Of a DNA stretch of 64,000 nt, positions 9,464 to 19,258 are shown piece after piece. Below the pieces are notes generated by a model. It was given only the letters and a program-made list of their open reading frames with translations, was not told where the DNA came from and searched no databases. Every line of letters starts with the position of its first letter. Positions within the stretch are counted from its first letter, which is position 1. The DNA lies in contig JAWADY010000001.1 in NCBI GenBank assembly GCA_038891615.1, forward strand, positions 192,001 to 256,000, in the 5' to 3' direction. This DNA comes from Candidatus Woesearchaeota archaeon (GTDB taxonomy: Archaea; Nanobdellota; Nanobdellia; Woesearchaeales; ARS49). The translations under genes were made by a program, and so were the position numbers.

Positions 9464-9976
9464 TTACCAGTTCCCTTTTATTTTGAAACCATTTAATATA
9501 TTTTTAAGCAAATTTTCACTTTTTACATCTTCAATTCCTCTAAAAACAAAAATCTGTATTCTCCTTTTTAGCAATTTTTCAAATTTCTCAAGATTAATTT
9601 CTTTTTTCGTTGGTGTAAAAATTGCAAGATCAATATCAGAATCAATCTTTGCTTCTCCTTTTGACAAAGAGCCAAAAAGATAAACTATTGGAGTTAATAA
9701 ATTCTTTTCCAATTCTTTCAATAAGCCGGAATCTTCTAATATTTTTTTCCAATAAATTCTTGATAACTCTACGAAAAGCTCAGAATCCTTATTTACAAAA
9801 TAATAATTATAAATCTTCTCTTTTTCTTTTTTGAGCAAGCCTTCTTTATACAAGTTTTCAAGAATCTTTGAAGCTGTCGGCGGGCTTATTTTTTGAATTC
9901 TTGCATACTCGCGAACATTAATCCGACTATAGCAATCTTCAAAGAAAGGCTTCAAAGTGTTAAATATTTCTAACAT
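9464..9976 (-). CDS. wHTH + minimal nucleotidyltransferase (MNT antitoxin)
   Basis: HTH VREYARIQKISPPTASKIL; LFGSLSKG...SDIDLAI. Confidence 0.88.
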   Translation of the reverse strand: MLEIFNTLKPFFEDCYSRINVREYARIQKISPPTASKILENLYKEGLLKKEKEKIYNYYFVNKDSELFVELSRIYWKKILEDSGLLKELEKNLLTPIVYLFGSLSKGEAKIDSDIDLAIFTPTKKEINLEKFEKLLKRRIQIFVFRGIEDVKSENLLKNILNGFKIKGNW

Positions 9977-10073
9977 ATGTTAAAAATAATTAACATTTCT
10001 ATTTAAATCTTTTGAAAAATAAACCTCAAAATATATGTTAAAAATAATTAACAAGTGTTAAAAAATATTAACA
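9958..10073. promoter_or_regulatory. Four TGTTAA-N6-TTAACA operator palindromes
   Basis: Copies at 9958-9975 (1 mismatch), 9978-9995, 10036-10053 and 10056-10073, flanking a minus-strand TTTAAATA (10000-10007). Confidence 0.8.
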
Positions 10074-10081
10074 TTTTTGTA

Positions 10082-11461
10082 TTAAGCAGATTTTTTAATC
10101 TCCCTTTCCATCTCTTTTATCATCTCAGCAGGCACTCTAATTTTGCCAGACATAAGTTTAGGAAGGAGAGAATCGCGAAGTTGGGAGAAGGTGAGGGATT
10201 CTTTTAAGTTATTATAAATTCGATTATAGATAATAGTTAATATATTTTCAAAAATATCTAAAACTTTTTTTTCAGGTATTAAAATTTTTGTTGATTTAAT
10301 GTGATTTAAATTAATTATTGGCATAGTGCTTCCTGAAGATATTCTTTCCCAATATTTCTCTTCGGATAGTCTTTTAAGGAAGATAAATAAATAGAATCTT
10401 CCTATTTTGTTTTCGTCTATTGTTATTTTTGCTAAACGACTTACTATTACAGCCTTATCATAAATATCAGTCATAATCCCTAGTAATCCTAGAGTCCCCG
10501 TTTTTGATATAATTATATCTCCTTTTTTAACAGAACTCCTTTTAACTTCTTGAAATTTTTTTTCTGATATAAAATGCTTAAATGGCTTATATAAAGGATA
10601 ACCTTCCAAGTATTCCATTTCGATAATAGGAATTCCAGAATTTTGATATTCTGTTATTTTCATTTGTGTTCCGAATGGTCCATCGACTATTGAATTTTTC
10701 TCATCAGAGGATATATCTTCGATTTTCCCAACCCTCCACCCCTTAGGTATCTCTTTGCCGAGCTCTTCATTATAAACCATTTCTCCGCCAGAGCTTTTGT
10801 AAGGCTTACCCTCTTCATTCGGAAACTCAAAATCAACAAACCAGTGCTTGAAAATTGCCTGGCCAATTGCCTCAAGGGTTTTGTTCATTCGCTGGTTGAG
10901 TTCGATCTTATCATCAAATGCCGAAAGAACTTTAGCAATGGCGCGTTGCTCGGGGAGGGGCGGGATAGGAAGTTCTACATCCTTAAAAGTGTTTGTAGTT
11001 ATGGTTTCAAAAACAGTTCCATAAGATACAGATCTAATCTTATTTATCGAGTTTTTAATCGAATAATAGAGGTATATTACATCATATTCTTTTTTTGGTT
11101 GTAAACCATAACATGTCTGATTAAAAGTCATCGGCTCTGGTAATAATGCTATTGCACCGACAGTCCCTCTCGAAGTAATTACAATTGTATTTTTTGGATG
11201 GATTTTTGCATTGCTATTCTTTACTCCCTCTTCGGTTATTGTTCTTTCTGTAACTGTTACATATCGCGACTTAACATTTGCAATATCCCTTGCAGTTGCC
11301 CATTTAAATTTTCCATCCCAAAAATATTTAATTTCTGTTTTAGGGGTTCCCCCTAATGAAATATCGCATGTTTCACTAATAGATTTAACCTCCCAATCCT
11401 CAGGGATCATTCCGATTTCAGTTTGTTTGAATTTGGGTTTATTTTGGGTTTGAGGGTTCAT
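10082..11461 (-). CDS. hsdS: Type I R-M specificity subunit S
   Basis: Two TRDs, PPLPEQRAIA, LRDSLLPKLMSG; likely start ATG 11461 ([17 protein letters not shown]), not 11560. Confidence 0.95.
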   Translation of the reverse strand: MNPQTQNKPKFKQTEIGMIPEDWEVKSISETCDISLGGTPKTEIKYFWDGKFKWATARDIANVKSRYVTVTERTITEEGVKNSNAKIHPKNTIVITSRGTVGAIALLPEPMTFNQTCYGLQPKKEYDVIYLYYSIKNSINKIRSVSYGTVFETITTNTFKDVELPIPPLPEQRAIAKVLSAFDDKIELNQRMNKTLEAIGQAIFKHWFVDFEFPNEEGKPYKSSGGEMVYNEELGKEIPKGWRVGKIEDISSDEKNSIVDGPFGTQMKITEYQNSGIPIIEMEYLEGYPLYKPFKHFISEKKFQEVKRSSVKKGDIIISKTGTLGLLGIMTDIYDKAVIVSRLAKITIDENKIGRFYLFIFLKRLSEEKYWERISSGSTMPIINLNHIKSTKILIPEKKVLDIFENILTIIYNRIYNNLKESLTFSQLRDSLLPKLMSGKIRVPAEMIKEMEREIKKSA

Positions 11462-13046
11462 TTTTAACCACCATAAGTAATATACAGTTGTTATTGTTGT
11501 CTGGCACTTTGATAATCTCAATATTTGGCATTTTTGTCCTTTCTTGAAGTGATTTAACAATTGTTTTTATTCTATCATCATCAAACTTAGAAATAGGAAT
11601 AGGTTCAAATTGTTTTGTTTTTTCATTTGCACCAATGATATATACCTTTATATTAGACTCCTTCACCTTTTTACTAAGGTCGCTAGCAAAATAAGAAACT
11701 ATTTCATCGTTACTACCTGAAAAAACATCCGAAGATTTCAATTCTAGTATTTCGTTTTCAGTATTTACAAAACTAATGTCAAAAGTTGAATTTTCAAATA
11801 TCTTTTTAGATAGGCAATTTAAAAAATAACAAATAGGTTTATCTTCATTCTCTATGGCTAATAATTTTAAAATAGAGCCCAATAAAATACTATTAAATGA
11901 GTCTCTTATTTGCATTTTTTCATAATAATCTAAAAGTATTTTACTTAATTCTTTCTGTAGCTCGTTATAAATCTCCATGTTTTTTATTTTAATTGAGTTT
12001 GCGGATATTCTACAGCCTGCATGATAAACTCTGAAAGATTCGTTATTCAATAATTTAGTTTTAATTTCTTCTAAGAAACTTCCCCGAATTTCTATGCTAT
12101 TGTCTGAAAATAGTATTAGGAAGTTAGGATTTGTCTTTTTAATTATCACGTTGCCGTCTTGTTTTACAACATTATTCTTATCATCAAATATTTTTTCCTG
12201 ATATGGAATGATAGAATTTTTTAACTTTATGTATTCTTCATTATAATAACTCAGATTATATCGTTTTGCTAAAAAATCTTGTACAAAATCATCATAATTT
12301 GTATATGGCTTCCTACCAACTTTGACTAATGACAACGGTATTCTTTCTATCGGAGCAGGTAAAATTATTTGTTTGTCCTTGACCTTAAACGCTTTTTCTT
12401 CTATAAACTTTTTCTCGAAATCGTCATCACTTAATTCTAAAGAAAAAGGAACCCCGCTTACTTCACCACAAAATTTATTTTTACCGCCCAAATATTCAAA
12501 TGCCACTTTTTGAGGTATACCTAACCAGTTAGCAAAGAACACAGAAGGATTAGTTTCATAAAAAATAACATCAATACTATCTTTCTCATTTTTAAAGTAA
12601 ACAAATCTCAGGATATTATCTTTATCAAGCATTCTGTCTATAACCTCCCATTTGGGTGTAATGGTTTCCTCACCAAAGAGGCTATGACAAAGTATGACAA
12701 ATTCGGATGTGACTATACAAATCGCATATTTCTCTTCCATCCTCATTCTGGTGTTCATTTCGTCGCTAAAATCGTTAAGTAATTCTTTTGCGTCTCTGTC
12801 ATCTATTAAAGGATAAGAGGAAATCAAATTTTTAATCCAAATTTGACAATTCTCCTTTAATTGAATTTCATCAAATTTTTTTCTTTTACCTAAATTTAAT
12901 AACGAATTAACAACCTTCGTTATTTTATCTTTATCTACTTTTCTGGTTATTTTATCTTGGTTAATATCATTCTCAATTACTTTCTTTGAATATACGAATG
13001 TTGGCTCTCCCTTATTTTGATTTGTAATCATTATTACACACTCCAC
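11439..13046 (-). CDS. Hypothetical protein with C-terminal Schlafen/AlbA_2-like domain, inserted in the R-M operon
   Basis: AT-rich 535-aa ORF overlapping hsdM and hsdS; C-terminal [10 protein letters not shown]...VYIIGANE pattern. Confidence 0.6.
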   Translation of the reverse strand: MECVIMITNQNKGEPTFVYSKKVIENDINQDKITRKVDKDKITKVVNSLLNLGKRKKFDEIQLKENCQIWIKNLISSYPLIDDRDAKELLNDFSDEMNTRMRMEEKYAICIVTSEFVILCHSLFGEETITPKWEVIDRMLDKDNILRFVYFKNEKDSIDVIFYETNPSVFFANWLGIPQKVAFEYLGGKNKFCGEVSGVPFSLELSDDDFEKKFIEEKAFKVKDKQIILPAPIERIPLSLVKVGRKPYTNYDDFVQDFLAKRYNLSYYNEEYIKLKNSIIPYQEKIFDDKNNVVKQDGNVIIKKTNPNFLILFSDNSIEIRGSFLEEIKTKLLNNESFRVYHAGCRISANSIKIKNMEIYNELQKELSKILLDYYEKMQIRDSFNSILLGSILKLLAIENEDKPICYFLNCLSKKIFENSTFDISFVNTENEILELKSSDVFSGSNDEIVSYFASDLSKKVKESNIKVYIIGANEKTKQFEPIPISKFDDDRIKTIVKSLQERTKMPNIEIIKVPDNNNNCILLMVVKNEPSNPK

Positions 13047-14557
13047 CCCAGCATCTCCAAATTTCTTTTTATTTCTTCATCTAGCTTTTTGCTCTCTTCC
13101 ATTTGCTGTTTGAGTTCTGCTGTGAGTTTTTTCATTTTTTCTTCAAAAACTTCTTCTGGCTCTTCTTGTTCTTCAAAGCCGACATAACGGCCTGGTGTTA
13201 AAATGAAATTATTTTTTTCAACTTCTTGTAATGAAGCAGATTTGCAAAAACCAGGGATGTCTTTATATCCAAGTTTGTTTTCTCCTCTCCATGCATGGTA
13301 AGTATCGGCAATTTTCTTTATTTCATCATCAGTTAATTCTCTATGTCTTCTATCAATCATTACGCCCATTTTTCTGGCATCGATAAACAGAATCTTTCCT
13401 CGTCTATCTTTGAACTTGTTATCTTTTTTATCACGAGCAATAAACCATAAACAAGCTGGAATCATTGTGTTGTAGAACAGCTGCGATGGCAAAGCGACAA
13501 TACAATCTACGAGGTCTGCTTTGATAATATTTTTTCTTATTTCTCCTTCGTTAGAAGTCATTGAGCTTAAAGAGCCGTTAGCAAGAACAAAACCAGCAAT
13601 TCCTGTTGGTGATAAATGATGGATAAAATGCTGTACCCATGCAAAATTGGCATTTCCTTTTGGTGGAACACCAAACTTCCACCTAACATCTTCTTGTAAT
13701 AACTCGCCGCCCCAGTCTGAATCATTAAAAGGAGGATTTGCTAGGATAAAATCAGCCTTCAAATCCTTGAATTGGTCGTCATGAAAAGAATCACCCCACT
13801 TAATGTTTGCGTCAATTCTTCTTATCGCAAGGTTCATTTTGCACAGACGCCACGTTGTCTGGTTGCTTTCTTGACCATAAATTGAAATATCTCCAATCTT
13901 TCCACCATGAGCTTCAACAAATTTTTCTGATTGAACAAACATTCCTCCTGAACCACAACAAGGGTCAAATATTCTTCCTTTGTATGGTTCAAGCATTTCA
14001 ACAAGCAATTTTACAATGCATCTCGGTGTGTAGAACTGACCGCCTTTTTTGCCTTCTGCAGATGCAAATTGTCCAAGAAAATATTCGTAAACTCTTCCAA
14101 GAATGTCTTTGCTTTTGTTTTCTTTATCACCTAGCCCAATCGTGCCAATTAAATCTATTAGTTCTCCTAGGCGCTGCTTGCTTAATGCTGGCCTTGCATA
14201 AATCTTTGGGAGAACACCTTTTAATGAGGGATTATCCCTTTCGATATCCTCCATTGCATGGTCTATGAGTTCTCCAATTTCTGGCTTTTTTGCATTAGCC
14301 TGCAAATACTCCCATCGCGCTTCTTTTGGAACCCAGAAAACTCTTCTTGCAAGATATTCGTCAACATCTTCTGGATCAGCTTCTGGGTCTTTTTTTAATT
14401 CTTCATAAACTTCTTTAAAAGAGTCGGAAATGTATTTTAAGAATATTAAACCTAAAACAACATGCTTGTATTCTGCAGCATCCATATTGCTTCTCAACTT
14501 GTCTGCAGCCTGCCAGAGCTTCTCTTCGAAACCTAAATTCGCACTATTAGTTTTCAT
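13034..14557 (-). CDS. hsdM: Type I R-M methyltransferase subunit M
   Basis: [18 protein letters not shown]. Confidence 0.97.
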   Translation of the reverse strand: MKTNSANLGFEEKLWQAADKLRSNMDAAEYKHVVLGLIFLKYISDSFKEVYEELKKDPEADPEDVDEYLARRVFWVPKEARWEYLQANAKKPEIGELIDHAMEDIERDNPSLKGVLPKIYARPALSKQRLGELIDLIGTIGLGDKENKSKDILGRVYEYFLGQFASAEGKKGGQFYTPRCIVKLLVEMLEPYKGRIFDPCCGSGGMFVQSEKFVEAHGGKIGDISIYGQESNQTTWRLCKMNLAIRRIDANIKWGDSFHDDQFKDLKADFILANPPFNDSDWGGELLQEDVRWKFGVPPKGNANFAWVQHFIHHLSPTGIAGFVLANGSLSSMTSNEGEIRKNIIKADLVDCIVALPSQLFYNTMIPACLWFIARDKKDNKFKDRRGKILFIDARKMGVMIDRRHRELTDDEIKKIADTYHAWRGENKLGYKDIPGFCKSASLQEVEKNNFILTPGRYVGFEEQEEPEEVFEEKMKKLTAELKQQMEESKKLDEEIKRNLEMLGWSV

Positions 14558-14640
14558 CTTATTTCACCTTTTTTCTTTCTCGGAGTATTCCAATAAGGGC
14601 TTTTGCACTTAGGACATACTTTTGGCTCTTTGGTTGTTGA
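14554..14640 (-). pseudogene. C-terminal half of a small Zn-ribbon protein
   Basis: KEPKVCPKCKSPYWNTPRKK with ATGA overlap into hsdM; first CxxC pair and a convincing start are missing. Confidence 0.45.
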
Positions 14641-14779
14641 ATCTGGGAGAGTTTCAGATAAAAATCTTTCTCTTGCTCGCAAGATTAGATGGGCTTTTAA
14701 AATGACCTTTAATATGAGCGTGGTAACAAAGTATAAATACAAAAGATTTATAAGGCTTAAAACAAAAAAGGTGAAAAAA

Positions 14780-14989
14780 ATGGCAAAAGAGACAAAGGAT
14801 AGGTTGTTGCGGGGCATTGTTGGAGCAGTTCTGCTTTTTTACTCGCTGCCAGGACTGTTCATTTCAGGCTTTTATGGCGGAATGATGATGGGCAGAATGT
14901 TTTTGGGAACAGGAGGCAGCTTTTTTGTTTCCATTCTGCTAGCACTAATTGGTGTTTGGCTGCTTTATGATGCTATAAAGCCACAGTAG
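14780..14989 (+). CDS. Small 2-TM membrane protein with Met/Gly-rich loop
   Basis: SD AGGTGA before ATG 14780; FYGGMMMGRM loop. Confidence 0.65.
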   Translation: MAKETKDRLLRGIVGAVLLFYSLPGLFISGFYGGMMMGRMFLGTGGSFFVSILLALIGVWLLYDAIKPQ

Positions 14990-15040
14990 AAGAGCAGTAA
15001 AAGAGAAAAATTTTTAATCGCCTTTCATAAATTTTTGTAA

Positions 15041-16333
15041 GTGGTAGGGGTACACTTTAAGACTTTTGGATGCACTGCAAACTTTTCAGATAGCGAGATA
15101 ATGAAGGGGCTCTTAAAAAGTGCTTCTTACGAGGTTGTCGACAATGCGGAAAATGCAAGCGTCATTGTGGTAAATGTTTGCACTGTAAAAGGAGACCAGC
15201 ATGCGCTTGCAGAAATTAAAAAGACTTCACTGGAAAATCCAGGAAAAAAATTGATTATTGCTGGTTGCGTGACTAAAAGCTTGCTAGAAAGGGTAAAGGC
15301 TGAAATTCCTGATGTCAGCTTTCTTAATACTCACAACATAAAAAAAATTGATTTTGTTGTAAACAGCACGCTTTCAGACAGGCCGGTTAGTCTTATATCA
15401 GGCTCTAATGAACCAAAAACAGGTCTTCCAAAGGTTAGAAAGAATCCTGTTGTTGGCATAATACAAATCGCAACTGGTTGTGATAGTTTCTGCTCTTTTT
15501 GCAGCACAAAGCTAATCAAAGGAAGGCTACAATCTTATTCGCCCTCATCAATCGTGCAAGAGGCTGCTGAATGTATTAAAGAAGGATGTAAAGAAATATG
15601 GCTGACTGCAACCGATACCAGCTGCTATGGCCTTGACATTGGTACAAACCTTCCAAAACTTGTAAAGGTATTGACAAGGCTTGATGGCGAATTCATGATT
15701 AGGATTGGCATGGCAAATCCAAAACACGTCCTGCGTTATCAGGATGAGCTAATAGAAGCTATATCTAATCCAAAAGTTTTCAAGTTTTTACATCTCCCTG
15801 TACAATCTGGCAATGACAGAGTGTTGAAAGCCATGAAAAGAGAATATACAGTGGAAGAGTATAAAAAATTGGTGTCCAGAATAAAAAAAGAAATTCCAGA
15901 GATTACAATTGCCACGGACATAATTGTAGGATTTCCTGGAGAAACCTTCGAAGAATTCATTGACTCTGTTAGATTGGTGGAAGAAACCAGGCCAGATGTG
16001 TTGAACATATCGCGATTTGTGCCAAGAGGTGGGACTCAAGCAATTAGGATGCCGAATCAGGTTCCAGAAATTGAGAAAAAGATGCGTAGCAGACTGCTTA
16101 CACGGGTTTATTGGAATGTTGCGCTTGAGCAAAACCTCCGATGGCTGGGCTGGAAAGGGTTGTGCATCATCGATGAGGTTGGAAAGCATGGCACATTGAT
16201 TGGGCGAAATTTTGCCTACAAACCAATCGTTTTACGGGGCACTCACAAGCTAGGAAGCATTGTTGAAGTAGAAATTTTAGCTGCTGAAAAATTCAACTTA
16301 AGAGATAAATCAGCAATAAAGGCTGAGGTTTAG
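15041..16333 (+). CDS. mtaB: tRNA t6A37 methylthiotransferase (archaeal MtaB/CDKAL1-like radical SAM)
   Basis: UPF0004 TFGC..N..DSE, CDSFCSFC, HLPVQSG, DIIVGFPGET, C-terminal TRAM-like region. Confidence 0.88.
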   Translation: MVGVHFKTFGCTANFSDSEIMKGLLKSASYEVVDNAENASVIVVNVCTVKGDQHALAEIKKTSLENPGKKLIIAGCVTKSLLERVKAEIPDVSFLNTHNIKKIDFVVNSTLSDRPVSLISGSNEPKTGLPKVRKNPVVGIIQIATGCDSFCSFCSTKLIKGRLQSYSPSSIVQEAAECIKEGCKEIWLTATDTSCYGLDIGTNLPKLVKVLTRLDGEFMIRIGMANPKHVLRYQDELIEAISNPKVFKFLHLPVQSGNDRVLKAMKREYTVEEYKKLVSRIKKEIPEITIATDIIVGFPGETFEEFIDSVRLVEETRPDVLNISRFVPRGGTQAIRMPNQVPEIEKKMRSRLLTRVYWNVALEQNLRWLGWKGLCIIDEVGKHGTLIGRNFAYKPIVLRGTHKLGSIVEVEILAAEKFNLRDKSAIKAEV

Positions 16334-16343
16334 CTTAAGCAAA

Positions 16344-17024
16344 ATGAAGATAGAATATGTTTGTCAAAGAAACATCGTCCGCAGCCCAACTTTTGAGGCA
16401 GTTAGTAAGTATTTTATTGCAAAAAAAAATCTGGAAGAACTGATTGAGATTTCTTCTTCAGGAATTGATGTTGATAGATTCAACAGAGGCCAGCTTAGGC
16501 CAGATGAGGTGTACAAGACTTTTGGATATTTAATTGAAGCCCAAAAGAAAAAAAAGCTGGCTGATGAGAATTTAATGCAAAAAGTTATTATAGAATACAC
16601 GAATAGAATAATAAATTCGGATACAATTCTCCTTGCAAAAAAAGCCTTGACTCTGTTTGAAGCGTATTGCGGCGAGATGCGAGATATTGCCCTTTTACAA
16701 AAGGGTATACCACTTCTGAAAGATTGGCGTTATCCCGAATCGCTAAAACAAACAAAGGAAGGTGATGCAAAGATAATAGTTGTATTGGCAAAGGAATATA
16801 TCGACTTTGTAAAAAAAATTTATTCTAACAGAAAGTCTAATGAGAAGCCAAAAATCCTTTCAATTACAGATTTTGGTGAAGAGCCAAAGGCTTATGGCTT
16901 TGAAGTAGCCGATTTTGGCGCAATTGTCGAGATTGCCTTGAAAAGCGTTCCAAATCTCATTGATTATTGCTGTACAAAAGGATATGTGCGTTTGGTAAAG
17001 CCAAATCAACTAATAGACTCTTGA
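16344..17024 (+). CDS. LMW-PTP/ArsC-like phosphatase-fold protein with helical insertion
   Basis: N-terminal C-X5-R loop YVCQRNIVRSP and ISSSG. Confidence 0.6.
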   Translation: MKIEYVCQRNIVRSPTFEAVSKYFIAKKNLEELIEISSSGIDVDRFNRGQLRPDEVYKTFGYLIEAQKKKKLADENLMQKVIIEYTNRIINSDTILLAKKALTLFEAYCGEMRDIALLQKGIPLLKDWRYPESLKQTKEGDAKIIVVLAKEYIDFVKKIYSNRKSNEKPKILSITDFGEEPKAYGFEVADFGAIVEIALKSVPNLIDYCCTKGYVRLVKPNQLIDS

Positions 17025-17215
17025 TTTCAACGAAAGCTTTATAAATGGATGCTTAACAATCTCAATTCTCAGAGCAGTCCCAAATGGTTCCAAATGCTTT
17101 CAAAAAATTCTCAACATAAAAAATGTTTCCACAAGCACATAGCCAACACAGTCAAAGTCATAAAATTAAATTAAAATTAAATAGAAGGATGAAAGTGAGT
17201 GAAGCGTCAAAAGCC

Positions 17216-17328
17216 GGGCCGGTAGCTCAACCCGGTAGAGCAGCGGACTTTTAGCGCAAATAGCATGTTACTTAAAGTGCAAAGTGTAAGCAATCCGTTG
17301 GTTGCGGGTTCAAATCCCGTCCGGCCCG
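17216..17328 (+). tRNA. tRNA-Lys(TTT) with 39-nt intron at 37/38 (17254-17292)
   Basis: GGGCCGG/CCGGCCC, D-arm GCTC/GAGC, anticodon stem GCGGA/TCCGT, loop CTTTTA, T-arm GCGGG-TTCAAAT-CCCGT; BHB with one U.U in the central helix. Confidence 0.9.
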
Positions 17329-17331
17329 TTT

Positions 17332-17464
17332 CACCGAACGCCAGCGAGGAGCGTCGCAGCAAGGGAACGAAGTGACCGTTGGCGAGACGCCCGCAGCAAG
17401 TGAGGTGAAACCACCGAACGCTAGGGAGCGTCGCAGCAAGGGAACGAAGTGACCCTAGTGCGAC
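17332..17464 (+). repeat. Duplicated GC-rich structured element
   Basis: Identical 30-mer GGAGCGTCGCAGCAAGGGAACGAAGTGACC at 17348-17377 and 17425-17454, each preceded by CACCGAACGC. Confidence 0.85.
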
Positions 17465-17492
17465 CTGAGAATCAAAAATATTAAAAGGAAAG

Positions 17493-17747
17493 ATGGTTAA
17501 AATGGCTACACCAAAGTTTGATGTAACAAAACACTTTCTTGTACCCAAGCACATTAAGGTGAGTGAAAAGGAGCTAAAAGAGTTAACTGAAAAGTTCGCA
17601 CTCGCTCCAGATTCCTTCCCGAAAATACTTGCAAGCGACCCTGCGATTGAGCACCTCAAAGCAAAAGAAGGTGATGTGATAAAAATCATTCGATGGTCCC
17701 CAACAGCTGGCGAGGCGGTGTATTACAGGCAGGTGATTAAGGGCTAA
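17493..17747 (+). CDS. rpoH: RNA polymerase subunit Rpo5 (H)
   Basis: HFLVPKH, PKILASDP, SPTAGEAVYYR. Confidence 0.96.
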   Translation: MVKMATPKFDVTKHFLVPKHIKVSEKELKELTEKFALAPDSFPKILASDPAIEHLKAKEGDVIKIIRWSPTAGEAVYYRQVIKG

Positions 17748-17748
17748 A

Positions 17749-19254
17749 ATGTCTGCTGAAACAAGGATACTCCTCAAAAAATATTTTGAAGAAAACTCAT
17801 TTGTACGCTCGGATATAGAATCCTTTAATGATTTCGTTGACCGAGAGCTGCATAATATTGTTGAAGAAAACAAAATAATAGAACCAACAATTATCCCTCC
17901 AAATGTTGAAAAATTCCAGATAAGGCTAGACGGGATATCTGTTGAGAAGCCAGAAATTATTGAAGCAGATGGCAGCAGGAGACCCATTTATCCGACTGAG
18001 GCAAGACTAAGAAAAATAACCTACGCAGCTCCTATTTACTTAGACATCAGTTCGCACATAAATGATGTTCAGCGCGAAAGCTTCACTCCACAAATAGGAA
18101 ACCTACCAATAATGCTGAAGTCAAAATACTGCCATCTTAATGGCCTTAGCGAAGAACAGCTTGTGGAAAAAGGCGAAGACCCATACGACCCAGGAGGTTA
18201 TTTCATCATAAATGGCACTGAGCGCATACTTGTTCATGTAGAAGACCTTGCTGCAAACAGGTTTATCGTTGAAAAAACAGGGGGTGTCAGCGAGTATACT
18301 GGAAGAATTTTCTCTGAATGGGGAAGTTACAAAATTCCGCACACTTTAGAAATGCTAAAAGACGGGCTTTTATACCTTAGCTTTAGCGGAAGAGCAAAGC
18401 GCATACCTCTCATAGTTGTCATAAAGGCTCTTGGCCTTATTAAGGATGAGGAAATTGTTAATTTTGTATCGCGTGAAAGGCAGTACGATGAAGTGCTTAT
18501 AAACCTTTTTGAATATTCCGGCATTAAAACATCAGAGGACGCAATGGAATGGATTGCAAAAGAGATTGGTATAACACAAGCAAAGGAAGTCAGACTTGAA
18601 AGGGTTTCTGAAATTTTGGACCGATTTCTTTTGCCACACATCGGTGTATCACAACATGCAAGAATAGCAAAGGCGTGGAACCTGTGCAAAATGATAAGAA
18701 AATATCTGGCAGTCGCCAATGGTGAAATAGAACCAGACGATAAAGATCACTATATGAACAAGCGCCTTAAGATGGCTGGCGACCTTCTAGCAGATCTCTT
18801 TAGGGTCAATCTTAAAATAATGATAAATGACCTTCTTTACAATTTCCAACGAAGTGTTAAGCGTGGCAAGTTTCCTTCAATAAAAACCCTTGTGAGGGAG
18901 AAGCTACTAACTTCAAGGATTTATAGCGCGATGGCAACTGGCAACTGGGTTGGTGGGCGAAAGGGAATATCTCAGAGGATTCAAAGATTAAACAACCTGA
19001 ATACTTTGAGTCATCTACAAAGGGTTGTTTCACCCTTATCCTCAACGCAAGAGAACTTCGAAGCAAGAGCGCTTCACCCAACACACTTAGGAAGACTTTG
19101 CCCAGTTGAAACCCCTGAAGGAATTCCGATTGGTTTGAGAAAAAATCTTTCACTACTTGCTTCGGTTTCACTCGAGTCGCCTGAAGAAGAAATACTTAAG
19201 GTCCTGAGGTCTGCAGGCCTCAAAGAGCTCCAGCTAGAGCGACCTGGAAAGTAA
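17749..19254 (+). CDS. rpoB2: RNA polymerase subunit Rpo2N (B'')
   Basis: EARLRKITY, DPGGYFIINGTE, CPVETPEG. Confidence 0.96.
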   Translation: MSAETRILLKKYFEENSFVRSDIESFNDFVDRELHNIVEENKIIEPTIIPPNVEKFQIRLDGISVEKPEIIEADGSRRPIYPTEARLRKITYAAPIYLDISSHINDVQRESFTPQIGNLPIMLKSKYCHLNGLSEEQLVEKGEDPYDPGGYFIINGTERILVHVEDLAANRFIVEKTGGVSEYTGRIFSEWGSYKIPHTLEMLKDGLLYLSFSGRAKRIPLIVVIKALGLIKDEEIVNFVSRERQYDEVLINLFEYSGIKTSEDAMEWIAKEIGITQAKEVRLERVSEILDRFLLPHIGVSQHARIAKAWNLCKMIRKYLAVANGEIEPDDKDHYMNKRLKMAGDLLADLFRVNLKIMINDLLYNFQRSVKRGKFPSIKTLVREKLLTSRIYSAMATGNWVGGRKGISQRIQRLNNLNTLSHLQRVVSPLSSTQENFEARALHPTHLGRLCPVETPEGIPIGLRKNLSLLASVSLESPEEEILKVLRSAGLKELQLERPGK

Positions 19255-19258
19255 CAAA

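Noticed and set aside
9958-10073. Transposon ends or a CRISPR array
   Set aside because: 18-bp palindromes with 2-bp gaps around a TATA box fit operators; no transposase
2245-17328. Integrated element bounded by the two tRNAs
   Set aside because: No integrase and no duplicated tRNA 3' end (att site) seen; housekeeping mtaB lies inside
17390-17425. Hammerhead ribozyme or SRP RNA
   Set aside because: No CTGATGA core and no SRP helix-8 motif
17348-17454. Mini CRISPR array (30-nt repeat twice, 47-nt spacer)
   Set aside because: Only two copies; similarity extends into the flanks; the spacer contains repeat fragments; no cas genes in the window
17207-17689. 160-aa minus-strand ORF
   Set aside because: Overlaps tRNA-Lys, the repeat element and rpoH
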